From the IMG/VR virus record IMGVR_UViG_3300027782_000075: DNA of 64,000 bases. One strand, given 5' to 3'. The notes beneath the pieces are model-generated. The model saw nothing but the letters and a program-made list of their open reading frames with translations, was not told where the DNA came from and did not search any database. This stretch comes from an uncultured virus (IMG/VR IMGVR_UViG_3300027782_000075) (taxonomy: Duplodnaviria; Heunggongvirae; Uroviricota; Caudoviricetes). The translations under genes were made by a program, and so were the position numbers. Within the stretch, counting starts at the first letter, position 1; each line of letters opens with the position of its first letter. This document shows positions 19,253 to 28,719 of this stretch, piece after piece.

Positions 19253-19281
19253 ATAATAGATTTTCCACTTAAAATTGTCAA
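19253..19281 (-). promoter_or_regulatory. Promoter TTGACA-N17-TATTAT driving the minus-strand operon
   Basis: Consensus-like -35 and -10 elements with 17-bp spacing; start would fall at the hairpin base. Confidence 0.6.
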
Positions 19282-19329
19282 ATGAAAAAAATGAAAAAAT
19301 AAAAGTATTTATAAATAAAACTATTAGTT

Positions 19330-21033
19330 ATGAGAGGATACTTTGGATTAGGACAGTTGTCTGCTGCTGAGAAGTCAGATATTTTAGACCAACACAAAAG
19401 TTTGTATAATGGATACCAAACCATGCAACCACAGGTCTCAAACACTCAACCATTATATACTTACGATTTCGCTGGTGATAAAGACGGATTGGTGGTAAAC
19501 AACAAAGGTGAAGTAAAGAAATATACAAATATGGGAATTAACGAACAAGTTAACCAATCTACAGGTCCGTATGATGAATGTTTCATTTCACAAGGAATAC
19601 CTAAAGAAAAGATTCCTCAATTTTGTAAATCATGGGAAACTATGGGAAAGTGTGCAAGTGAAATGATGAAAGGGGAATTTTATAAGACTACCGAATTTAT
19701 GGATAAAGTTGATGCCGCACTTGATTGTATGTTTAAGAAAATCAGAGAGGAGAAAGACTATGGAATTAACGAACAAGTTGAATCCAAAGAAATGTGTGAG
19801 CAATGTGGAGGTCGAATGACCGAAGGCATTTGTGAACAATGTGGTGGAGGAGAAATGGAAGAAGCCACTGGTAAATTGGACGACATCTATGATGAGGAGG
19901 ATTTGAATCCAAGCGCAGGTTTTGACTACATCGAAGGACCATCCAATAGTATTGATACCTTTGAAAAAATGCACCACATGAAAAAAATAAAATCAGAAGG
20001 TAAATACGAAGACGATGATAATGAAGATGACGCAGTTGTAGGATCAGAAGACATGCAAATCGATTCAAGTGAAATGTATGAAGATGAGACAGATGACAAA
20101 CCTTATGAAAAAGGTAAAAGAGGTATGAAAGCATCCCGAGCAAGAGCTTCGTTCACTCCAACACCACAAGAAAATGAAATTCTAAATAATTTATTCGGAC
20201 AATATGGAGAAGATATTCCACCAATTGTAATCAGATACTTAAGAAAATTACCAAGAAAAACATTATTAAACCGTTTAGTTAAAGTAGGTCTTATTGATAA
20301 AGATTTATTACAGGGGAAAGAAACTATCGACGAACAAGGATATACAGGTGGTGGAAACGCTCCCGACATGGATATAAGTAACATCGAACCAGCTTACAAC
20401 TTTAGAAGTAACGGTCCTGATGAAGTTTATCCAACTGAAGGAGAAATGGAAGAACAAACTCCTGAGGATAATACGAGGTATAGAAGAAGAGGAATTACTT
20501 ATGACAACCTATTAAGTTTTATTGATTATGAAAAAACTCAATGGGATGCGTGTCATGATTTTAGTGATGAATTCGAATACGCTGACAACATTATTTCTTC
20601 GGCAATTGATAATTTCTTCGCTGAAACAGGACAAGATTATGAAAATGATGATCTTTTTGATGAATTACATGATATTTGTAAAGATTGGTTTGGAGAGGAG
20701 TTACTTTCAAGTTATTACGAAGAGTGCGGAGGTCAAGAAGAGGAAGAAGAAGAGGACTTCATGTTTATGGAATCAGCATTCGCAGATGAAATAGACGAAG
20801 TCGATGTATCAGGTTCTCAAGGTATTTACGGTGAAATGGAACCACCTTATGTTTTTGATCCCGAAGGACCTGGAAAAGCAGGACCATACCAAAGATCAAG
20901 TTATTACGAGGAAGAAGATGAGGATGAAGAATCCGAAGAAGATTTTGAACTTGATGAAGATTTGAAAGAATCTTTTATGGAACAAAAAAATAAAGTCATG
21001 AAAATGATGAATCGAATGAAAATAATAAAATAA
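19330..21033 (+). CDS. Acidic modular protein, probable head internal protein
   Basis: Repeated GINEQV, a CxxC-CxxC pair, acidic composition; TATTTAT at 19306. Confidence 0.7.
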   Translation: MRGYFGLGQLSAAEKSDILDQHKSLYNGYQTMQPQVSNTQPLYTYDFAGDKDGLVVNNKGEVKKYTNMGINEQVNQSTGPYDECFISQGIPKEKIPQFCKSWETMGKCASEMMKGEFYKTTEFMDKVDAALDCMFKKIREEKDYGINEQVESKEMCEQCGGRMTEGICEQCGGGEMEEATGKLDDIYDEEDLNPSAGFDYIEGPSNSIDTFEKMHHMKKIKSEGKYEDDDNEDDAVVGSEDMQIDSSEMYEDETDDKPYEKGKRGMKASRARASFTPTPQENEILNNLFGQYGEDIPPIVIRYLRKLPRKTLLNRLVKVGLIDKDLLQGKETIDEQGYTGGGNAPDMDISNIEPAYNFRSNGPDEVYPTEGEMEEQTPEDNTRYRRRGITYDNLLSFIDYEKTQWDACHDFSDEFEYADNIISSAIDNFFAETGQDYENDDLFDELHDICKDWFGEELLSSYYEECGGQEEEEEEDFMFMESAFADEIDEVDVSGSQGIYGEMEPPYVFDPEGPGKAGPYQRSSYYEEEDEDEESEEDFELDEDLKESFMEQKNKVMKMMNRMKIIK

Positions 21034-21131
21034 AAAAAACCCCTCCGAAACGAGGGGTTTTTTTATTAAATTATATGAAAAATATGACTTTTCATATATT
21101 TTTTAATATTTGTTTATAAATTGATATTGTT

Positions 21132-21431
21132 ATGGAAATCAAGGAAATCGTATCTTATTATTTTAATAATGAGACCAATTTAGTAGATGTATCATTTAGA
21201 ACCATCGAAGATGAAGAAGATGTTGTAAGAATCGATACAATAGATTATAGTGTAATAGAGAGTTATGGGTTTGACTTAATCACAGAATCTTTTGATTTTT
21301 TTGATGATGACCTTGAGGATGATTTATTTGAAGAAACAAAAATTGAATTAGATGAAGATATACTAATAACTTTTCTAAACGAATATTATATCATTAATCC
21401 ATCGTCAATACCTAACCCTGAATTTTATTAA
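21132..21431 (+). CDS. Acidic hypothetical protein
   Basis: 99-aa ORF. Confidence 0.6.
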   Translation: MEIKEIVSYYFNNETNLVDVSFRTIEDEEDVVRIDTIDYSVIESYGFDLITESFDFFDDDLEDDLFEETKIELDEDILITFLNEYYIINPSSIPNPEFY

Positions 21432-21958
21432 GGACCGACTCGAGTTAATGACATGGTCATAACTTGTTTCTCACCTAATTTACCAGCAAACCAAGCTCCC
21501 GACGATTTCAATTGGATAGTTTCCAATCCGTCATCTTCAATGATAAATTTCATTGGGACATAACTACCGTTTTTGGTGGTGTAATGATATTGAATGTATC
21601 CCGAATGAAATGGAGTTGTTCCTGTTATTGTATAAAAAATATAATTGGGATTTGTACCATAAAACCAAATGTCTTCACCTGAAGGAGTAACCCCTTGAAA
21701 TTTCATTCTTACAGTTGAATAGTCAAAATGAATGTAAAAATTATTTATTTTAATTTCGTTAAACGGGTCAGGTAATTTGGAATTTTTGTACGTTGACCCT
21801 AACAAATACGACTCATCTCTAGTCTGATTTTGGTCAACATTCGTTATCTCCAACTTGGATACAACATACTTCCCACTCAACGTGACATCTTTGATTTCGG
21901 TCACGTAAAGTTGGCATGAAGTAAAAAATAGAAGAGTTATTAGTATAATCTTTTTCAT
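21428..21958 (-). CDS. Putative lipoprotein
   Basis: MKKII...FTSC lipobox; TATATTTG upstream. Confidence 0.65.
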   Translation of the reverse strand: MKKIILITLLFFTSCQLYVTEIKDVTLSGKYVVSKLEITNVDQNQTRDESYLLGSTYKNSKLPDPFNEIKINNFYIHFDYSTVRMKFQGVTPSGEDIWFYGTNPNYIFYTITGTTPFHSGYIQYHYTTKNGSYVPMKFIIEDDGLETIQLKSSGAWFAGKLGEKQVMTMSLTRVGP

Positions 21959-22006
21959 CCGCCAAATATAAAAAAAATTTTTTGATAACACAAAATATTT
22001 ATTGAT

Positions 22007-22243
22007 ATGATATTAGACATCGACTTCCTTATTGATTTTTTTAATAAAAATTCCTTTACAGGAACCAAAGATGAAATGGGGGAACAAGAAGCCGCAGCAG
22101 CACCTACAGGAGGCGGAGGAGGTAAAGTTCCAAAATGGGCTGATTCATATCCAATAACAAGAGGTAAAGCAAATCGATTGGGAGCTTCGGGAGAAAAGTG
22201 GAATACCGACCTTAAAAGAGGATCCGCCAATCAGATTTGGTAA
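22007..22243 (+). CDS. Hypothetical late protein
   Basis: TATTTAT upstream; repeated W....RG.AN motif. Confidence 0.6.
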   Translation: MILDIDFLIDFFNKNSFTGTKDEMGEQEAAAAPTGGGGGKVPKWADSYPITRGKANRLGASGEKWNTDLKRGSANQIW

Positions 22244-22277
22244 TTAACGTATATTTATAAAATAAAATATTAAAACT

Positions 22278-23189
22278 ATGGTACAACCAAAGTATAGCCC
22301 AGAGGAAGCACTAGAACGAGTGAAACTGATGATGAAGTATGATACTTCAAAAACTTTGAATGAGAACAGAGAAATAATTTTTGAACAAAGTTATATTGAT
22401 CCGTCCGCTGTTGGGGCGGGAGCCGTAACCGCTGCTGCTGGAGCATATGCTGGCGCCGCTATCGGAACTGGCATATTTCCAATAGCCGGAACTGCCATAG
22501 GTGCCTTAGTTGGACTTGGTTTGGGGGCCTTAGGAAATTGGGCAACTAGTGCTGATAAAGGTGAAGATGGGTTCAGAAAAGTGATGGAGGCATGTAATGC
22601 CTCGGGTGCCTCTAAATTAGTTCCTAAATTATCTAAAACTGAGGTTAGAAATATTGCGTACAAAATTGAAGACGCTAAAGGCGCTTGGAACGATGATGAA
22701 GATGCGATCGTAAGTGCTTTGATGGAAATACCAACAATTGCCGATTTATGTGCTGTTGATAAGAAAATCGCTGGCGGTCTTGCGGAGTTTTTGGATAATT
22801 TGACAGATGATCCTGAGGAGTGGAAGATGTTTACTCGGCCTTTGGAAGGAATAATTGAAGATTCTGAGATTGTCTTAACACCTGAAGATCAAGAACAAGC
22901 CGATGGTGTATCAAATAGTGGAGGTTCTACTACAAGTGGATATAAATCTTGTTCAGGTACATATAGTTACGGATGTAAATCAGATGCAATTAAAACTGTA
23001 CAGGGATGTTTGAGTTTAGTTACGGACGGTAAGTTTGGCCCAAAAACACAGGCAGCTCTCAAAGCTAAGGGTTTCGATTCATTCACAGATGCTGACGTAA
23101 ATAAAATTTGCAGTAAAACTACAGAAGAAGAACCTGAAGTTTCAGGAGAGTCGCCTTCGGACGCTGACCAAAACAATCTTGAATTCTAA
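22278..23189 (+). CDS. Virion-associated protein with glycine-zipper segment and C-terminal peptidoglycan-binding-like motif
   Basis: GAAIGT..GALVGLGLG; VQGCL..TDGKFGPKTQAAL; N-terminal TLNE/IFEQ motifs. Confidence 0.6.
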   Translation: MVQPKYSPEEALERVKLMMKYDTSKTLNENREIIFEQSYIDPSAVGAGAVTAAAGAYAGAAIGTGIFPIAGTAIGALVGLGLGALGNWATSADKGEDGFRKVMEACNASGASKLVPKLSKTEVRNIAYKIEDAKGAWNDDEDAIVSALMEIPTIADLCAVDKKIAGGLAEFLDNLTDDPEEWKMFTRPLEGIIEDSEIVLTPEDQEQADGVSNSGGSTTSGYKSCSGTYSYGCKSDAIKTVQGCLSLVTDGKFGPKTQAALKAKGFDSFTDADVNKICSKTTEEEPEVSGESPSDADQNNLEF

Positions 23190-23201
23190 ATTCATACATA
23201 T

Positions 23202-24191
23202 ATGAAAAATTCTAATTATAAAATAAAAAAATCTTTGATTTCAGAACAAACAACCCCCAACGTAAGACAACAATTGGAGAAATTTTTGTCAGACGGTTGT
23301 GTAAAAGTTGGTAAAATTGTTTCTATGCAATCAAAAAATCCGTTATTACAATTTGCAATCAAACAAGAAAGTACAAAAACACCTGGTAAATTTAGATATT
23401 TATTCGCAGATAATAGGATTGGATCTTTTAATGAAAACGGGAAATTCGAGTTTAATCCTTCTAAATTTTCTTGCCAAGGAGTACTACAATCTGCGGCTGC
23501 GGCAGTGACAGCATCACAACAAGCAGAAATAGATTCTAAAATTGCAACTGAAATGAAAAAAGGTTGGAAAAAATTAGAAACTTTGAAGTCGGAAGGTGTT
23601 GATTTGACAACTTTAGATAAAGTTTTCGACAAAATAGTAATAGGTAATGTGGCTCTTTTCAGACCAAAAGGGTCTTCAACAACTTTTACTCCAGGAACTT
23701 CAACTGTTGATTTTAATAATGACCAACAATCTTTTGTCGATACATTTATCGCTAAAGGATATAAATTAAATCCAACAAGGTTAGAACAAAATTCTTTAGT
23801 TAAAGTTACTGGTGAACAACTAGGAGCACCGGCAGACCTTTTCCCTAATGGATTAGTTATGTGGTATGATCCAAATCAACAATCTACAATCAGAGGTGGA
23901 GAAAATAGTATTTTAAGTGATATCTTGGATAATCAATCTATCAATAGAACCACTTGTAGAAAAAATGTTAAGGATTTCTTCGAATTGTATCGAAGAAGAA
24001 ATAGTGCTCAAGTCGATCCAGCAACAGTTGACAGAGCAAAAAGAATTGTACAAGCGTGTAGAGATGAGCATTATGGTAAATGGGGTGTTACAGGTGGCAA
24101 AAACGTTGATGACATGTTAGATGTTTTATCAGGACGTAAAGAAGGTGGACCATTATCAACAGGACCAACCGCAATTTTCAGAATTAAGTAA
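23202..24191 (+). CDS. Hypothetical protein, probable internal virion protein
   Basis: LISEQ motif near the N-terminus. Confidence 0.65.
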   Translation: MKNSNYKIKKSLISEQTTPNVRQQLEKFLSDGCVKVGKIVSMQSKNPLLQFAIKQESTKTPGKFRYLFADNRIGSFNENGKFEFNPSKFSCQGVLQSAAAAVTASQQAEIDSKIATEMKKGWKKLETLKSEGVDLTTLDKVFDKIVIGNVALFRPKGSSTTFTPGTSTVDFNNDQQSFVDTFIAKGYKLNPTRLEQNSLVKVTGEQLGAPADLFPNGLVMWYDPNQQSTIRGGENSILSDILDNQSINRTTCRKNVKDFFELYRRRNSAQVDPATVDRAKRIVQACRDEHYGKWGVTGGKNVDDMLDVLSGRKEGGPLSTGPTAIFRIK

Positions 24192-24199
24192 TTATAGAT

Positions 24200-24907
24200 A
24201 TGTTACAGAAAAAAATTAAAAAAAGTCTGATCGAGACCAAAAACAAAAAAGAATCTATTTTGATTGAACAAAAATTAATCAAAAGCAGAATCATGATGAT
24301 TGTTGAAAATGAAGATAATATCAAAAATTTCAAATCATTACCCAAGTCAAAGCAAGAAAAAATTGCACACAAACTTTTCGAAGAAATAAATTATCTTCAA
24401 GAAACCAATATATTAAACGAGCAATTAATGGACTTCTTGAGTAAAATTTTTGGAAATGCTTTCGGTGGTATCGCTCAAACAATAGTTGAACCTATGGTTA
24501 ACTCTCTTTTGAGTGGAATAGGTCTTGAAGGATATTTCAAAGATTTTCTAGTTTCATTTATTACTTCCAACCCTGCGAGACTGGCAAAGGCTCTCAAAAG
24601 TTGTGACGAACTAACAAAGTTAGTCGCAGAATCTTTGTCAGAAGCGGTGTTTATGATGATTCAAAGACAACAAGGATTGGAAGGTCAAGGATATACATTC
24701 TTGAGGAATGCTTTAGGTGGAGCAGTAAAAGATACTGCGTTTATCAAAAGCATAGAAACCCAAATAAGTGGTATTGTTTGTCAGTTGTTCGGTAAAATGA
24801 ACGACAAAGCATCAGGTGTATATGACAAACTTAAAACCGATGTTGGGACACAGGGTCTTGGAGGTATATTACCTTCATTATCTTCATTAACGGGCCAAAG
24901 TAAGTAA
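24200..24907 (+). CDS. Hypothetical protein, probable internal virion protein
   Basis: Multiple L/I-x-E motifs. Confidence 0.65.
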   Translation: MLQKKIKKSLIETKNKKESILIEQKLIKSRIMMIVENEDNIKNFKSLPKSKQEKIAHKLFEEINYLQETNILNEQLMDFLSKIFGNAFGGIAQTIVEPMVNSLLSGIGLEGYFKDFLVSFITSNPARLAKALKSCDELTKLVAESLSEAVFMMIQRQQGLEGQGYTFLRNALGGAVKDTAFIKSIETQISGIVCQLFGKMNDKASGVYDKLKTDVGTQGLGGILPSLSSLTGQSK

Positions 24908-24975
24908 AATTATTTTGTGATAAACTGACGAGCAAAAAGTAAAGGGGGTGTTCTAAAGTCTAAGAAAAAGAAGGG

Positions 24976-25656
24976 TTATTTACCCTTCTTTTTTGATTTT
25001 ACGACCTCGTCAATGATACCGTATTCGAGAGCTTGGTTACTATCCAACCACAAATCTCTACTAGCATCAATTTTAACTTGTTCAGGGTCTTTCCCACAGA
25101 ACTCACCAAGTAAACCAAATAGAATATCATTCAATTTAGCCCACTCTCTCATTGTGATTTCCGCATCTTGGATGTTACCCACAGCACCACCCGAAGATTG
25201 GTGTAGCATTGTTCTAGAGTACTTCAAAGAACTTCTTTTTCCTTTGGTACCTGCTCCCAACAATACAGACCCCATAGATGCCGCCATTCCTGTGTTCACA
25301 GTTCTAATGTCACAAGCAATGTAGTTCATTACATCAACCATAGATAGTCCTGATTTCACACTTCCACCTGGACTGTCAATGTGCATCGTGATATCGGTTT
25401 TATCAACATTGTCCATGAACATCAATTGTGCCTGTACAATAGTTGACATTCTATCATCGACAGGGCCAGCAACCCAAATGATTCTGTCTCTCATCAATCT
25501 TGAGAAGATGTCAATCTGAGTAGCTCTCATCTCTCTTTCTTCAAGAATGTAAGGAGTCATAGACGACTGAATTTGATTTGAGAAGTTGTGAAGATCCAAT
25601 GATCCTTTACCCAAATGGTTTACGTAATAATTTTGAAATTCTTGTCCGATGTTCAT
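24976..25656 (-). CDS. clpP: ATP-dependent Clp protease proteolytic subunit
   Basis: Motifs DIFSRLMRDRII, IDSPGG, GMAASMG, MLHQ and RDLWL. Confidence 0.95.
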   Translation of the reverse strand: MNIGQEFQNYYVNHLGKGSLDLHNFSNQIQSSMTPYILEEREMRATQIDIFSRLMRDRIIWVAGPVDDRMSTIVQAQLMFMDNVDKTDITMHIDSPGGSVKSGLSMVDVMNYIACDIRTVNTGMAASMGSVLLGAGTKGKRSSLKYSRTMLHQSSGGAVGNIQDAEITMREWAKLNDILFGLLGEFCGKDPEQVKIDASRDLWLDSNQALEYGIIDEVVKSKKKGK

Positions 25657-25695
25657 ATCTGTTTTATTTTTTACAAAGTTAATACATTTTTTAGT

Positions 25696-26181
25696 TTATC
25701 CAAAAGATTTTTGAAATTCTGTCCAAACGTTTAATAAGACCACGTCATCGTACATTATAGGTGGTTCATATGCTGACCTACTCATTGACATTTTAGCCTC
25801 CTCAGGGGTCTTATTATCCTTCTGTCGATTACATTTGGAACAACAAGTTACCAAGTTTGTCCATTCGTTTGTTCCTCCTCTAGATTTTGGTAATACGTGG
25901 TCTAAGGTTAAATGTTTTTTTGACCCACAATAAACACATTCATATCCATCTCTTTTGTAGATTCTGCTACGGTTTGGTTTATTCAATCTTGTCCTATGTT
26001 TGATATATTTCAAAAGACGTATGATAACTGGTCGTACGTATTTGTTATACCCAGTAATGATTGGATTTTCCCCAGATCTTACAATTTCTGCCTTACCTTT
26101 GGTGACCAACACAAATCCTCTATGAACACTTGTCACGTTCAAGGGTGTGTAGTCAGAATTCAAAACTAATACTCTACTCAT
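25696..26181 (-). CDS. HNH endonuclease (McrA-like)
   Basis: Motifs VLVLNSDY.PL, CVYCG, TLDHVLPKSRGG and CCSKCN. Confidence 0.9.
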   Translation of the reverse strand: MSRVLVLNSDYTPLNVTSVHRGFVLVTKGKAEIVRSGENPIITGYNKYVRPVIIRLLKYIKHRTRLNKPNRSRIYKRDGYECVYCGSKKHLTLDHVLPKSRGGTNEWTNLVTCCSKCNRQKDNKTPEEAKMSMSRSAYEPPIMYDDVVLLNVWTEFQKSFG

Positions 26182-26334
26182 TTATCAAATGTTTCAACAA
26201 AAGTAATTTATTTTTTTTAGAAACGAAAGTTGTTGTGAATGAAAAATTTTATTACCTTTGTCATGTTGATTTGATGGAAGTACATCGTTGATTTTTACGA
26301 TAAAGAATATTATCATTGAAAACGAAGATAATAT

Positions 26335-26406
26335 GGACCCGTAGCTCAGAGGAAGAGCAGCGCTCTCATAAAGCGAAGGTCGGGATATCATGATTCCCCG
26401 GGTCCA
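26335..26406 (+). tRNA. tRNA with CAT anticodon (Met or Ile2), non-canonical T-loop
   Basis: Acceptor GGACCCG/CGGGTCC; loop CT-CAT-AA; T-loop ATCATGA. Confidence 0.7.
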
Positions 26407-26433
26407 CAAACAATTAAACTAAAACAAACTACA

Positions 26434-27165
26434 ATGAAAATCAAAAAATTAATCCTATCAGTTGTAACCCTATCCGTATTTTTAATTTCTTGTTCTAAAG
26501 AAGAAATTAATGGTAGTGAAATCACTCCTATCAATAATATGGAACATGCGACCATGTCAACATCAAGTATTGGTGGAGAACAAACACCTTTGAGAGCATA
26601 TATTTTTGTGGAACCAATGTCGAAACATGTGATGATTAAAAACCATTTGAATAAGTTACCATTTATTGGAAGACTCCCATTTGTTGGATTTCATGGTGTT
26701 AATGCAGGTGCATGGAAAGATAACTTACCAAATTATATTAATATGACTCATTGGATTGATGGTAGATTACCACAAATTATGCAAGTTGACATTCCCCAAA
26801 CAAGTGGAGGAATCGATACATTTGGTAATCCTGTTCAAGCTTTCAATTTCAAAACTGTTAAAATAACAAAAAATACAGTAAATGATAAATTTTCTTGGAT
26901 TATAGTTCTTATACCAATTAATGCGATGAGTAACGATACAAAAAGACAAAGAAGGATACGTATTGATGAAAAGGCGGGTAATATAACAAAATCTTCAACA
27001 ATTTTTACAACTGATAATGTTATGTCAGAAACTGTGATTAACTATAATGGTAATCGTATTCCGGCAGGTCAATATAGGGTTTATTCAACTTATCCATCAA
27101 GTGGTATGAGACTGAATTTGAACTCAACAAATGATGTTTATATTAGAGGTTTTAGTAACCAATAA
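26434..27165 (+). CDS. Putative lipoprotein
   Basis: Lipobox LISC. Confidence 0.7.
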   Translation: MKIKKLILSVVTLSVFLISCSKEEINGSEITPINNMEHATMSTSSIGGEQTPLRAYIFVEPMSKHVMIKNHLNKLPFIGRLPFVGFHGVNAGAWKDNLPNYINMTHWIDGRLPQIMQVDIPQTSGGIDTFGNPVQAFNFKTVKITKNTVNDKFSWIIVLIPINAMSNDTKRQRRIRIDEKAGNITKSSTIFTTDNVMSETVINYNGNRIPAGQYRVYSTYPSSGMRLNLNSTNDVYIRGFSNQ

Positions 27166-27172
27166 TTAATAC

Positions 27173-27247
27173 GCTCCTAAAGCATTGCTGGCGATGCACA
27201 TGACTTGTAATCATGATAACTTGGTTCGATTCCGAGTGGGAGCTCCA
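27173..27247 (+). tRNA. tRNA-Thr(TGT)
   Basis: Cloverleaf; CATGA-CTTGTAA-TCATG; encoded CCA. Confidence 0.9.
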
Positions 27248-27250
27248 ACA

Positions 27251-27426
27251 GTACTTACTACGCTACCCATAAGAACAGCGTCCCAGGGTAAGTCGTGTAC
27301 CTCGATGTTAACCGTAAGAACAACACAGAGGTTGTATCGTGATATAAGTGAATAGCCCAAGGTATAAGCTAAAATCACACCCCTAACCTCTATTCAAATG
27401 ACGATTTGATTATGTTAGGTTTTTTT
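27251..27426 (+). ncRNA. Candidate structured RNA with tandem hairpins sharing a 12-nt loop
   Basis: Loops ACCCATAAGAAC and AACCGTAAGAAC on different stems. Confidence 0.5.
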
Positions 27427-27514
27427 GGAGAGATGGCAGAGTTGGCCGATTGCACCTGACTTGAAATCAGGAGTACCTGTGAGGGTACCGTGGGTTCGAA
27501 TCCTACTCTCTCCT
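27427..27514 (+). tRNA. tRNA-Ser(TGA)
   Basis: CCTGA-CTTGAAA-TCAGG, long variable arm, GGTTCGAATCC. Confidence 0.92.
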
Positions 27515-27521
27515 CATCATA

Positions 27522-27616
27522 ATTGTGACGATTCGAAAGAATGACGGAACGGACGCTAAGAATGAAATGGAAACTGAAGGATTATCCTTGGAAACAAACC
27601 GTACAGACGTTACAAT
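27522..27616 (+). ncRNA. Candidate structured RNA, GGA-rich
   Basis: Closing stem ATTGTGACG/CGTTACAAT, a GAAA tetraloop hairpin and five GGA motifs. Confidence 0.4.
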
Positions 27617-27638
27617 CTTTTTCACAAATTAAATCATA

Positions 27639-27992
27639 ATGGCACATCCAAACTTACATGCAAAATCATCCGCCAAAAAGTTTGGTGGAAAACCTGAGGA
27701 CTACATTCATTTACATGAATGGTTAGACGAAACCAAGTCATGGTTTGGTGATTCCTTACATAGAATGTTTCGGCACCATAGTGAGGGGATATTCGAAATG
27801 GAAAAAAGGTTTGGTACCGAATTCAAAAACTCAGATGGAAAAACGGTTTATACTCGTTATGTTGGAGAACAACATATCAAGGAAGATTGTAATAACTACA
27901 TTCCATCAGCCAAAGAATGGGTTAACAACATGATGTCCAATCAAAGACCACAGTGGATGTTGAAGACCATTAAATTAGAATTCGAAGACTGA
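27639..27992 (+). CDS. DUF6915-like protein
   Basis: MAHP..HAKSSAKKFGG..EDY..LH.W.D; HR..RHHSEGIF. Confidence 0.75.
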   Translation: MAHPNLHAKSSAKKFGGKPEDYIHLHEWLDETKSWFGDSLHRMFRHHSEGIFEMEKRFGTEFKNSDGKTVYTRYVGEQHIKEDCNNYIPSAKEWVNNMMSNQRPQWMLKTIKLEFED

Positions 27993-28003
27993 TATTTATT
28001 TGT

Positions 28004-28702
28004 ATGTCACAAAATATATTAACACCAGAAGAAAAAAAATATTTAGGAAAAATATCAAGGTTTCTTAGATCGATGGGAATGAGATATGGAGAAATTCAAT
28101 TTGAAATGGAACCGGACCAAGAGGGAATTGCGTACAGTCCAAACGATTTTCCAACTCATTTTGAAAATAATTATACCGCAGAAATACCGGACGGCCTTGT
28201 ACCAATATTGAAAAAAATTATTGACTATGTTGATGATGATGGGTTATATAGCGAGGTACCTTATGATGGTTACCTCATTTATCAAAGATTTGACATTACA
28301 ATTAATGCTATGTCAGGAGAAATATCTTTAACACACTCCTATAGTTATCAAATTGAGGGAGGTTCACAAGGTATCGAATACGATGATATGATTGAAGAGT
28401 GGGAAGAAAAAGGAGTTTTCAATGATACCGAAATTCCTGAAGACAATTATTTGGTCTTGAAGTATAATGGAGGTGGAGATAGTGGATACATCGAATCGAA
28501 TTTTGAGAATGGAGAACCTGTACCAACCGAAGTAGAAGAATGGTGTTATCAACAATTGGAAGATAACTTCGCAGGCTGGGAGATAAATGAAGGATCTCAA
28601 GGTGAATTCCAATTTGATTTTAATGAAAAAACAGTTATATTATCACACGCATACAACATTGAAGAATCTAGATCCAACACACTGTGGGAAGAAGAATTTT
28701 AG
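28004..28702 (+). CDS. Acidic protein with DUF6878-like C-terminus
   Basis: Motifs YNGGGDSGYIE and GWEINEGSQG. Confidence 0.6.
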   Translation: MSQNILTPEEKKYLGKISRFLRSMGMRYGEIQFEMEPDQEGIAYSPNDFPTHFENNYTAEIPDGLVPILKKIIDYVDDDGLYSEVPYDGYLIYQRFDITINAMSGEISLTHSYSYQIEGGSQGIEYDDMIEEWEEKGVFNDTEIPEDNYLVLKYNGGGDSGYIESNFENGEPVPTEVEEWCYQQLEDNFAGWEINEGSQGEFQFDFNEKTVILSHAYNIEESRSNTLWEEEF

Positions 28703-28719
28703 AATGATTTATTAAATTT

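Noticed and set aside
27313..27322. Complementarity of loop GTAAGAACA to TGTTCTTAC at 30961
   Set aside because: A 9-nt match is expected by chance in 64 kb.
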